DNA of 64,000 nucleotides from Gloeobacteraceae cyanobacterium SOY_34_metabat_159 (GTDB lineage Bacteria; Cyanobacteriota; Cyanobacteriia; Gloeobacterales; Gloeobacteraceae): NCBI GenBank assembly GCA_031399965.1, contig JANNPH010000002.1, positions 7,373 to 71,372 of the forward strand, read 5' to 3'. Shown piece by piece: positions 28,538 to 36,316 of this stretch (position 1 is its first letter; each line of letters starts with the position of its first letter). The notes under the pieces were generated by a model. It saw only the letters and a program-made list of their open reading frames with translations, ran no database searches and was not told where the DNA came from. The position numbers and the translations under genes were made by a program.

Positions 28538-29179
28538 TCAGGAATGGTCTACGGACGGATTCGGCCTGAGCGAGGAACGGTAAACCCTGGCAAGCTCGGT
28601 GTCCGTCGATTGCTCGAACTGTTCGAGCAATGCGATCAGGTCGGACGGCAGGAGAAACTCGAAGACCCCACTGCGCTCCTGTTCCTGGAATTTGCCGTCG
28701 AGGTCTAATCGATAGACCTTGAGCCGGTCATTCGCATAGCGCCAGACCTCGGGCACACCCAGTGCGGCATAGATATCCAGCCGATTCAAGGAACTGCTCG
28801 TGAAGTCGATCTCGATGACCAGATCGGGAGGTGGGTCTGTGGCAAGGTCGAGCACCTGCTTCCCTTGTACTCTCGAGGCATTCTGAATATAAAAACACTC
28901 ATCCGGTTCCAGACCTCGCTCTAGATCTCGACGTTTAAAAGTTGTCGAGCCACCCGCGACCAGGGGAATATTCAGTTCCTCAGTCAACACTTCGACTAAT
29001 CGTGCCAGCCTCTTTTTAAGACGCTCGTGATTAAAAGAAGGACTCATCAGTTCCAGGCACCCCCGGTCATAAGTCAGGCGAACTGGGCGATCTGCAAGCA
29101 TCGCAAGCATCGCTTCATAGTGCTCCCAGGAGATGCCCGTGAGCAGGAAGGATTTGTCTTCTAACGTCGATGTACTCAT
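28538..29179 (-). CDS. Uma2-family (DUF820) endonuclease
   Basis: Typical cyanobacterial Uma2 layout: ISWEHYEAML...RLTYDRGCLELMSP...PPDLVIEIDFTSS. Confidence 0.8.
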   Translation of the reverse strand: MSTSTLEDKSFLLTGISWEHYEAMLAMLADRPVRLTYDRGCLELMSPSFNHERLKKRLARLVEVLTEELNIPLVAGGSTTFKRRDLERGLEPDECFYIQNASRVQGKQVLDLATDPPPDLVIEIDFTSSSLNRLDIYAALGVPEVWRYANDRLKVYRLDLDGKFQEQERSGVFEFLLPSDLIALLEQFEQSTDTELARVYRSSLRPNPSVDHS

Positions 29180-29203
29180 TTCTCTACATGCCCCGGAGCC
29201 TTT

Positions 29204-29674
29204 CTAAGGCTGAAATGAAGTTGCGCACTGATGGCAAAACCAGAGTTGCTGCCACTCGGAGAACAATTTTGGCCACTCGAAGCGATTGAAGCGAAAAACC
29301 GTGTACCAGTAGTAGCCCACTCCAGCCAGTACTGCATACGAGAGCAAATCACTCAGTGGTCGTGGAAAGGTTCCAATCACGGCTCCAACAATTGATGGGG
29401 CCAACAAGACTACCAGCACCTTGAGAATCAGACTGTTGCCAGGTAGATAGCTTCTCTTGGATGGTGGGGCTGTCCGGTTGGCCAGCATAGTTTGGGTAGT
29501 ACCTCGGCTCCTTGCCGATCCGATCCCGAGGCCGTCTCCACCGAAGAAGCCGACAGTGCCGACATCAATATTTGAAGTACCACCTTCATAAATGGCGCAC
29601 TGCCGCTGAACATTTGAACCATTACAACAGGGGCAAACTACAGCCATTAGAGCAACTCCTAAAAATGTAGACAA
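29204..29674 (-). CDS. Membrane protein with CxxC...CxxC pairs (hypothetical)
   Basis: CPCCNG near the N-terminus, CHQC near the C-terminus, and two TM helices between them. Confidence 0.5.
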   Translation of the reverse strand: MSTFLGVALMAVVCPCCNGSNVQRQCAIYEGGTSNIDVGTVGFFGGDGLGIGSARSRGTTQTMLANRTAPPSKRSYLPGNSLILKVLVVLLAPSIVGAVIGTFPRPLSDLLSYAVLAGVGYYWYTVFRFNRFEWPKLFSEWQQLWFCHQCATSFQP

Positions 29675-29752
29675 AAAGTGCTACGAGTCTACATTTTTGA
29701 TGGGAATTGCGCAACGCTGGAGAAGCTGTCCTCAATGCTGATACCCGGCACA

Positions 29753-30931
29753 TTAGCCGTCGAAGCGAATTCCCGCCGATTCCATGCGGCCAATTGCCTC
29801 GCGCATGCGGTCGTCGGGGACGGTGAGGGCGAGCCGGAAAAAGCCTTCGCCGTACTCGCCGTAACCATTGCCCGGCGGCACGATGATGCCGCACTTGTCG
29901 AGCAGGGCGCTTACAAAATCAATCGACTTTGTGTAGGAGCGGGGAATCGGTGCCCAGACGTAAAGCGTTGCCTGCGGTGCGGTGAGTGGCCAGCCGAGGG
30001 ACCGCAAACCTTCGACGATGATGTTGCGGCGATTCTGGTAGACTGCCATCAACTCCTGCAACTCATCTTCGCCAATTGAGAAAGCGGTAATCGCTGCTTG
30101 CTGGATTGCTTTGAAGGCTCCCGAGTCGATGTTGGTCTTGACCTGACCCAGGCCGCCGACGGCGATAGCGTTACCGATGGCGAAGCCGATGCGCCAGCCC
30201 GTCATGTTGTAGGCTTTCGAGCACGACAGAAACTCGATGGCGACATCTTTTGCACCGGGGATCTGGAAGATCGAAGGCGGTTTGTAACCGTCGTAGGCCA
30301 TCTCCGAGTAGGCGTTGTCGTGGCAGATGAGGATGTCGTGTTTTTTGGCAAAGTGCACGACACGCTCAAAAAATTCGAGGGTGGCAATTGCCCCGGTCGG
30401 GTTATTGGGGTAGTTGAGCCAGAGGAGCTTGGCGCGTTGGGCTATTTCATCGGGGACCAGTTCCAGGTCGGGTAGAAATTCGCGCTCCGGGAGCAGGGGC
30501 ATCGTGAAGTATTCACCTCCCGCGAAAATCGTCGAGGTGCGATAGACCGGGTAAGCCGGGTCCGGGATGAGCACGATGTCGCCCGGATCGACGAAGGCCA
30601 GAAAAGTGTTGTGGATTGATTCTTTAGAGCCAATCGAGGCGATGATTTCTGTTTCCGGGTTCCAGCCACTGACTCCGAAGCGGCGCTCAAACCAGGCAAT
30701 CGCCGCTTCGCGATAGGACTTCGTGCCCTTGTAGGGTGGATAGTTGTGGGTGGAGCTGTCGTCGATTGCCCGGTGCATCGCCTGCACGACCACGTCTGGG
30801 GTTGGTTTGTCGGGGTCGCCGATGCCCATGTTGATAATATCGACGCCGCGGGCAACCGCCTCGTCGCGGCGGCGGTCGATTTCAGCAAACAGGTAAGGCG
30901 GAATGCGCTCAAGGCGGCGGGCAGTCTTCAT
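29753..30931 (-). CDS. Class I/II PLP aminotransferase (LL-diaminopimelate/aspartate aminotransferase-like)
   Basis: RIPPYLFAEIDR, NYPNNPTG and SCSKAYNMTGWRIG (PLP lysine). Confidence 0.85.
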   Translation of the reverse strand: MKTARRLERIPPYLFAEIDRRRDEAVARGVDIINMGIGDPDKPTPDVVVQAMHRAIDDSSTHNYPPYKGTKSYREAAIAWFERRFGVSGWNPETEIIASIGSKESIHNTFLAFVDPGDIVLIPDPAYPVYRTSTIFAGGEYFTMPLLPEREFLPDLELVPDEIAQRAKLLWLNYPNNPTGAIATLEFFERVVHFAKKHDILICHDNAYSEMAYDGYKPPSIFQIPGAKDVAIEFLSCSKAYNMTGWRIGFAIGNAIAVGGLGQVKTNIDSGAFKAIQQAAITAFSIGEDELQELMAVYQNRRNIIVEGLRSLGWPLTAPQATLYVWAPIPRSYTKSIDFVSALLDKCGIIVPPGNGYGEYGEGFFRLALTVPDDRMREAIGRMESAGIRFDG

Positions 30932-30969
30932 AAAATACTCGTCAGGCGAACCCGGCTATTCTACCGGGC

Positions 30970-31845
30970 TCAGCCGGACACAGCAAAGGGCCTGAGCGCC
31001 TCCGCCAGTTCTGTGCAGTCGCGGTGGCGATCTTGCGGGTTGTAGGCGGTGGCGCGCCGGATGACGGCGGCAAGTTCTGCCGGGATGCCGGCGGCTTCGA
31101 GTTCTACGAGCTTCCGTTCGCGCGGGTTATAGAAGTTGCCCGGAAAGGTGCGCGTGAGCAGGTAGACCAGGGTCATGCCCACTCCGTAAAAGTCCGACTG
31201 CAGGCAGGGCCGGCCTTGGCTCTGTTCGGGCGGACCGTAGCCGGGTGTGGCGATGCGCGTCCCGGTGCGGTTGCTCGCCTCTTTGACCGCGCCGAAGTCA
31301 ATCAGGACGATCGCACGCGGTTGGTGGCGCAAGATCAAGTTGGCCGGTTTGATGTCCCGGTGGATTACGGGCGGCTGGCGGCTGTGCAGGTACTGGAGCA
31401 CCCGGCAGACTTCGATCATCCAGCCGACTGCCTGGGCAATCGAAAGTGGCGGGAGCTGTTCGAGGGTGAGGCCGTGGATCATCTCCATGACCAGGTAGTA
31501 GCGCTCGTCGGTGCAGAAAAAATCGTAAAACTTGGGGATGCCCGGATGTTCGAGGGCGGCGAGCATCGTCGCCTCGCGGGTAAAGAGTTCGCGGGCTTTC
31601 GCCCGGCGCGACAGGTCGGCGTCTATTTCTTTGAGCACCGCCAGGCGGTCGAGTTGCAGGTTGAAGACCAGGTAGGTTGTGCTCATGCCGCCCTGGGCCA
31701 GAGTTGAAATCACCTCGTAGCCGTGGCCGTTCTCCGGGTTCTCCAGCACCCCCTGGGAGACGAGCAAGCGCCCGCAAGTCCGGCAAAATCGCAGCGGACC
31801 GACGGTGCGGGCGCAACATTCGAGGGGAAATTCGTTTCTCGCCAC
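30970..31845 (-). CDS. Ser/Thr protein kinase with N-terminal zinc-ribbon-like Cys pairs
   Basis: HRDIKPANL, DFG and GYGPPEQ motifs. N-terminal CC...CRTC. Confidence 0.9.
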   Translation of the reverse strand: MARNEFPLECCARTVGPLRFCRTCGRLLVSQGVLENPENGHGYEVISTLAQGGMSTTYLVFNLQLDRLAVLKEIDADLSRRAKARELFTREATMLAALEHPGIPKFYDFFCTDERYYLVMEMIHGLTLEQLPPLSIAQAVGWMIEVCRVLQYLHSRQPPVIHRDIKPANLILRHQPRAIVLIDFGAVKEASNRTGTRIATPGYGPPEQSQGRPCLQSDFYGVGMTLVYLLTRTFPGNFYNPRERKLVELEAAGIPAELAAVIRRATAYNPQDRHRDCTELAEALRPFAVSG

Positions 31846-31994
31846 GCACGTTCCTCTAGCGATTACGGACCTGAATGGGTGTATCGTTCGCCTCCAGGTC
31901 AGAAGCAGATCATCTCTAGCTCAGGGTAGGCTAATCTCCCCAGAAAATCCCACCTGCCGTTGCCAGTAAGCCGAACAGCAAGACTTCCTGCCGC

Positions 31995-32273
31995 TTAAAG
32001 TCCGGGAAACGGTCCTTGCAGGAGATTGATCCACTGGTCGTCGTCTTTTCTAGTCGCGGATGCCGGTGTCGCCTGGACTTTTTTATTAATTTTGCCAATC
32101 TCCTCTACCCAGCGCTGGCGGCTGCTATGTTCAAGGTCGAGGATGGCGTCCGGCGGCCAGTGAAAGTGAAAAGCAATGTAGGCTACCTCCTCGTACAGCC
32201 GGTCGGAGGGGTAGCCAATTATTCCCCCGCGAGGGCAAGCTCCACGGCGAACTTGCTCGCGCACTGCGGGCAT
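31995..32273 (-). CDS. Small conserved-looking protein at the 3' end of the CIS operon (possible frameshift extension)
   Basis: 92-aa ORF with core YPSDRLYEEVAYIAFHFHWPPDAILDLEH. Its only ATG lies 55 nt inside the upstream gene, in the -1 frame. Confidence 0.5.
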   Translation of the reverse strand: MPAVREQVRRGACPRGGIIGYPSDRLYEEVAYIAFHFHWPPDAILDLEHSSRQRWVEEIGKINKKVQATPASATRKDDDQWINLLQGPFPGL

Positions 32274-32596
32274 TGGGCCGGGATATGCAGGTTACCTTGC
32301 TGGTTGAGCCGGTTGTAGAGTTCGCGCAGGTAGGCAATGTCGCGGGTAAACAAATTTTCAAGTAGCTCGGGTGTGAGGGCGCTCAGGCTCCCGAGGCGGG
32401 TAATCACGCGGGAGAGCATGACGAGCACGGCGTAGGCCGGATTTTCCCGGGCGCGACTGTCCTGCTGGACGACGAGTTCGTCCTTGGCGGTGGCGAGGCG
32501 CATGATGCCCTGGCGATGTACCCGGCCCTGGGTATCCAGCAATCCGCGCGGCAGGGTGAATTCAAATTCGGTGTGCAGTGTCTCCTTGCGGGCCAT
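32219..32596 (-). CDS. Tail-assembly-chaperone-like small protein, paralog B
   Basis: 125 aa, clearly homologous to the adjacent upstream ORF (FEFTLPRG..HRQGIMRLATA..NPAYAVLVMLSRVI..LGSLS). It occupies the post-tube position of Afp/PVC-type loci. The function is inferred. Confidence 0.7.
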   Translation of the reverse strand: MARKETLHTEFEFTLPRGLLDTQGRVHRQGIMRLATAKDELVVQQDSRARENPAYAVLVMLSRVITRLGSLSALTPELLENLFTRDIAYLRELYNRLNQQGNLHIPAQCPQCASKFAVELALAGE

Positions 32597-32622
32597 GACA
32601 TCTTCGCTTTTACTGTGAGAAT

Positions 32623-32976
32623 TTAAGAAGGAACCGGCGGCTGGGGTCTCGTCGCCTCGGGGGTGAGGCCGTTGATTTGCCTGTAAAAGTTTTGCAGGTA
32701 ATTGAGGTCGCCTGCAAAGAAGTTCTCGACGACCGCCGGGGTCACCTCGCTTAGCGACCCCAGGTTGATGATCACCCGCGCGAGAATGATCACCGTGGCG
32801 TAGGCCGGGTTGGACTTGACGCGCGGGTCGCGCAGGGGGGCAATTTCGTCGATGGCCATCGCCAGACGCATCACCCCTTTGCGGTGGAGGTTGCCTTCAG
32901 AGTCGAGGTAACCCTTGGGCAGGTTGAATTCAAACTGGGTTTGAATTTTTTCCTGGGTTTGAATTTTTTCGCTCAC
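32623..32976 (-). CDS. Tail-assembly-chaperone-like small protein, paralog A
   Basis: The GTG at 32976 lies 2 nt after the tube gene stop. The product is (M)SEKIQTQEKIQTQFEFNLPKG...NPAYATVIILARVI. The longer track ORF overlaps the tube gene. Confidence 0.65.
   Translation of the reverse strand: MSEKIQTQEKIQTQFEFNLPKGYLDSEGNLHRKGVMRLAMAIDEIAPLRDPRVKSNPAYATVIILARVIINLGSLSEVTPAVVENFFAGDLNYLQNFYRQINGLTPEATRPQPPVPS
32935..32970 (-). repeat. Perfect 18-bp tandem duplication inside paralog A
   Basis: ctgggtttgaattttttc occurs twice back to back (32935-32952 and 32953-32970) and encodes EKIQTQ-EKIQTQ. Confidence 0.95.
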
Positions 32977-32978
32977 GA

Positions 32979-33500
32979 CTAGAGCACCCGTGTGAGTTCT
33001 TCGACGGCCAGTTCCACTTCCTCGATCGCAAATTCGCCGCTCGACGCGTCGAATCCGGTTCGGGAGCTCTCGTACATTGCGAATTTGCCCGAGGTGGCCC
33101 CGAAGACCGTCGGCCAGGCACCGTGGAACTGGAAGATCGCGGTCGGCGCACCAGCCTGGGTGTAGACCGTCAGCGATCCTGAGCGGCGCTGGGTCGCCCA
33201 ATTGCCCCGCTCGACCTGTTGAAACCAGTTCCACATCGCAATCGAGCGGGACATACCGCGCCGAAGGATGATGTTGGTGCAGGTCGCATCGCCGGGAACC
33301 TTGGTGAGCACCAGCTTGCCGCGGTTGGTCATCGCTTTACCCCAGAGCCGGGGTGTCACTTCTGCGACTTCGACGGCCATCTGCTTGGAGCGCATACCCC
33401 GGCACTCTAGAAAGATAGCGTCGTCGCCGTTGGAATTGTCGAGGGACAGTTCCATGTAAAAGCGACAGGCTGTAAGAACCTCGAACCCGGCAGTCGGCAT
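32979..33500 (-). CDS. Contractile-tail tube protein (T4 gp19 / Afp1-Afp5-like), paralog 3
   Basis: 173 aa: CRFYMELS...FLECRGM..., C-terminus FQFHGAWPTVF...FAIEEVELAVEEL. Paralogous to the two upstream tube ORFs. Confidence 0.8.
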   Translation of the reverse strand: MPTAGFEVLTACRFYMELSLDNSNGDDAIFLECRGMRSKQMAVEVAEVTPRLWGKAMTNRGKLVLTKVPGDATCTNIILRRGMSRSIAMWNWFQQVERGNWATQRRSGSLTVYTQAGAPTAIFQFHGAWPTVFGATSGKFAMYESSRTGFDASSGEFAIEEVELAVEELTRVL

Positions 33501-33511
33501 CGCTTGCTCCC

Positions 33512-34000
33512 CTAGATAGGCTTGCTGTCGCGGATCGTGTTCATCTCTTCAAACTGGATATCGACCGTCTCGACCGCCATTTCGCCGGAGGCCGCCCCGA
33601 AGAGCGGGCCGACGTAGGCGACCGGGTAGGAATTGACCAGTTCGTAGCGCACGACTTCGTCACCTGCCTGGGTGTAGCCGCAAATCCAGCAGAGTTTGCG
33701 GTTTTGTGCCCAGTTGTTGCCCTGGTTGGTAAACTGCTTGTTGCAGTCGCGGTACCACTTCTGGATGGAGTCATCCTTGGTGGCGACGAGCTTGAACTTC
33801 ATGTTTTGAAAGGTCTGGCGGGTGGGAGTCGCCTGCCGAATGTGAATCCCGTACTTGCGCGCACCGACCGGCTCGTTTTTGCCGGCGATCGGGTTGTTGG
33901 CGTTGATGTTGGATACGGACATGATCACTTTGTCTTCGAGACCTTCGCCGCTCAGGTAGTAGCGTGTGGCGACTAGAAATTCGGAATCTGGCGGAGCCAT
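33512..34000 (-). CDS. Contractile-tail tube protein, paralog 2
   Basis: 162 aa with C-terminal YELVNSYPVAYVGPLFGAASGEMAVETVDIQFEEM, typical of the tube family. Confidence 0.8.
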   Translation of the reverse strand: MAPPDSEFLVATRYYLSGEGLEDKVIMSVSNINANNPIAGKNEPVGARKYGIHIRQATPTRQTFQNMKFKLVATKDDSIQKWYRDCNKQFTNQGNNWAQNRKLCWICGYTQAGDEVVRYELVNSYPVAYVGPLFGAASGEMAVETVDIQFEEMNTIRDSKPI

Positions 34001-34034
34001 GGTAGGAGAACCTCGCTGGGGTAAAGACAGATGA

Positions 34035-34496
34035 CTACATTACGCGCTTGATGCCTTCGTGGACCAGTTCCAGCATCTCGGTCGCCATCGTGGGGGAGTT
34101 GGCGCCGAAGTCGGGTCCGCCGTAGCGGCAAGGGTAGCAGTTGACGATTTCCCAGCGGGCCTGCATGGTCCCTGACTGGTCATAAGCAGTGACCGAGGCC
34201 GCTTTGCGGTTGGTGCGCCAGGCGGAACCACCGGCGTCGTTTTTGTTGCACAACTCGTACCACTTGTAGAGATCGACGTCGTTGGTAGCAACGAGCTTCA
34301 ACATGACATGGGTGAAGCGCTCGGTCGTCGGGCTCACCTGACGGGCCTTCGAGCCGCCTTTGCTCGAACCGTGGGTGGCCTCGGCGCCGCCGACTGCCGA
34401 CTGGCAGGTGAGGCCGCGAATCTCGTTGATCATCTTGTCAGTGATACCGTCGGCTTCAAAATAGAACTTGCATCCTGTTAGAAACTCTCCCGCCAT
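34035..34496 (-). CDS. Contractile-tail tube protein, paralog 1
   Basis: 153 aa: CKFYFEADGI..., C-terminus WEIVNCYPCRYGGPDFGANSPTMATEMLELVHEGI. Confidence 0.85.
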   Translation of the reverse strand: MAGEFLTGCKFYFEADGITDKMINEIRGLTCQSAVGGAEATHGSSKGGSKARQVSPTTERFTHVMLKLVATNDVDLYKWYELCNKNDAGGSAWRTNRKAASVTAYDQSGTMQARWEIVNCYPCRYGGPDFGANSPTMATEMLELVHEGIKRVM

Positions 34497-34579
34497 TTTC
34501 TTGCTCCTGGTAGTTGGTGATGAAAGGGTTCGAGGGCTTCACCCGCCCCTAGGGAGGATGAAGCCCATCTATTAAGTCG

Positions 34580-36253
34580 TCAACCGACGTCTTCTTCGCT
34601 GCTGCCGTTCCACTGGCTGATCCGGAAGACGACGAATTCTGCCGGACGTACCGGGCAGACGCCGACTTCGACGTACAACCGGCCCAGGATCATCGTCTCG
34701 GGCGTGTTCAGTTCTTCGTCGCACTTGACGTAGAAGGCCTGCTCAGCCGTCGCGCCGAAGAGGGCACCCTCGCGCCAGATGCGTTCGAGGAAGTTGTTAA
34801 TCGTCCGCTTGACGCGCATCCAGAGGTCCTGGTCGTTGGGCTCGAAGACGGCCCACTGGGTGCCGAGTTCGATCGATTTCTCGATGTAGCTGATGAGTCG
34901 CCGGACACTGATGTAGCGCCACTCGGTCTTGTCGGGTTCCACCAGAGTGCGCGCGCCCCAGATGCGGATGCCGCGGTTGGGGAAGGAGCGGATGCAGTTG
35001 ATGCCGAGGGGGTTGAGAAGCTCCTGTTCGCGGAAGTTGGTGTCGTAGCCGAGGCCGATTACGCCGCGCGGCACTTCGTTGGCGGGGGCTTTGTAGACGC
35101 CGCGGGTCTCGTCCGTACGTGCCCAGACGCCCATCATGTGGCCGCAGGGCGGGACCAGGATGGGCCTGCCGCCGTTGCGCGGGTTGGAGACTTTGATCCA
35201 CGGATAGTAGAGGGCAGCAAACATCGAGCGGCGATTGAATGCCGAGAGCCACTGCACGACTTCCTGGGGCTTGACGCGGTCGGGGGGCGGGTCGAGCACC
35301 ACCATCCGGTTGGGCGGGTTGGGGATGTCGCCGTTGGCCGAGCCTTCGCAGAGGCTGATCATCATTTCCATGATTGCGTGCACCTGTTCGATGTCGAGCA
35401 GGTTGGCTTCGTAGGCGCGCATGATGTCCGGGCAGGCGAGCATCGTGATTTCGTCGATTTCAAAGATGCCGCGTACACCGGTGCGGTCGTCGCGCAGACC
35501 CTCGACGTCGCGGGCGAAGCGGTCAACGGTCGAGGCGACCAGGGGCGGCGAGAGTTCGTACTGGCCGTTGCCGGGGCGACGGGCCAGGGGACGCCCGGTC
35601 TGGGCAAGGTCCTGGACACCGATAAACTGTGAAGCCTGTACGGCGTTGACGACGTAGGTCGCCGTCTGGGTCGGGGCGTCGCGGTCCATCGTCAGGTAGT
35701 CGAAGCGCTCCAGGATCTGGTCGCCGCGCTTGACGGTGACGCTGAAGTATTCACCGGTGTTGACCGGCTGTTCGCCTTCAGTACCGTCGGGTAGCGCGCG
35801 CGGGCCACTGTCGGCCACCTGAACCAGTACTGATCCCTGGGCACTCGCCTCGGGCTTCAGGACAAAGCGCAGCGACGGACGGTTGCCGCGGCTTTGCACC
35901 GAGAGGCCGGTCTCGGTGGTCGGCTGGGGAGTACCCGGTTGCGGTCCGGGAAGCTGGGTGCCGATAGAAGTCACCCAGCAACGGCCGCCGCCGTTCATGA
36001 AGTAGCCGTAGACCGCGAAGGGCAAGTAGGCGTTGAAGTCGGTGAAGCCGTCGGAGCCGGGACGGGCATAGTAGTTCTGGAACTGGGTCCAGTTGGTGAT
36101 GAGCATCGGCTTGAAGGGTTCTGCCCCGCCGCGCACATCCTCAGTGAAGCCGACGAAACCGGCGACGGCGGTGCTGACGCCCTCAATCGGGCGAGAACCG
36201 CGATCGATTTCTTCGATATAGACGCCGGGTGCAAAATAATCGAGTCTTGGCAT
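34580..36253 (-). CDS. Contractile-tail sheath protein
   Basis: N-terminal PGVYIEEI...VAGFVGF, conserved core YYPWIKV, NCIRSFPNRGIRIWGARTL, and C-terminal PAEFVVFRISQW. Start taken at Met MPRLDY (the alternative is 36298). Confidence 0.9.
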   Translation of the reverse strand: MPRLDYFAPGVYIEEIDRGSRPIEGVSTAVAGFVGFTEDVRGGAEPFKPMLITNWTQFQNYYARPGSDGFTDFNAYLPFAVYGYFMNGGGRCWVTSIGTQLPGPQPGTPQPTTETGLSVQSRGNRPSLRFVLKPEASAQGSVLVQVADSGPRALPDGTEGEQPVNTGEYFSVTVKRGDQILERFDYLTMDRDAPTQTATYVVNAVQASQFIGVQDLAQTGRPLARRPGNGQYELSPPLVASTVDRFARDVEGLRDDRTGVRGIFEIDEITMLACPDIMRAYEANLLDIEQVHAIMEMMISLCEGSANGDIPNPPNRMVVLDPPPDRVKPQEVVQWLSAFNRRSMFAALYYPWIKVSNPRNGGRPILVPPCGHMMGVWARTDETRGVYKAPANEVPRGVIGLGYDTNFREQELLNPLGINCIRSFPNRGIRIWGARTLVEPDKTEWRYISVRRLISYIEKSIELGTQWAVFEPNDQDLWMRVKRTINNFLERIWREGALFGATAEQAFYVKCDEELNTPETMILGRLYVEVGVCPVRPAEFVVFRISQWNGSSEEDVG

Positions 36254-36316
36254 GGATAGGCTTCCTGTAGGTAAGGTGTTCTGGCTGGCACCGGCCACTG
36301 CCGTGTATCAGCCCCG

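Noticed and set aside
31024-31707. 227-aa plus-strand ORF.
   Set aside because: It is antisense to the Ser/Thr kinase gene, which has HRDIKPANL and DFG.
32977-33234. Long N-terminal extension of chaperone-like paralog A (203-aa track ORF).
   Set aside because: It overlaps the third tube gene out of frame. Homology with paralog B begins only after the GTG at 32976.
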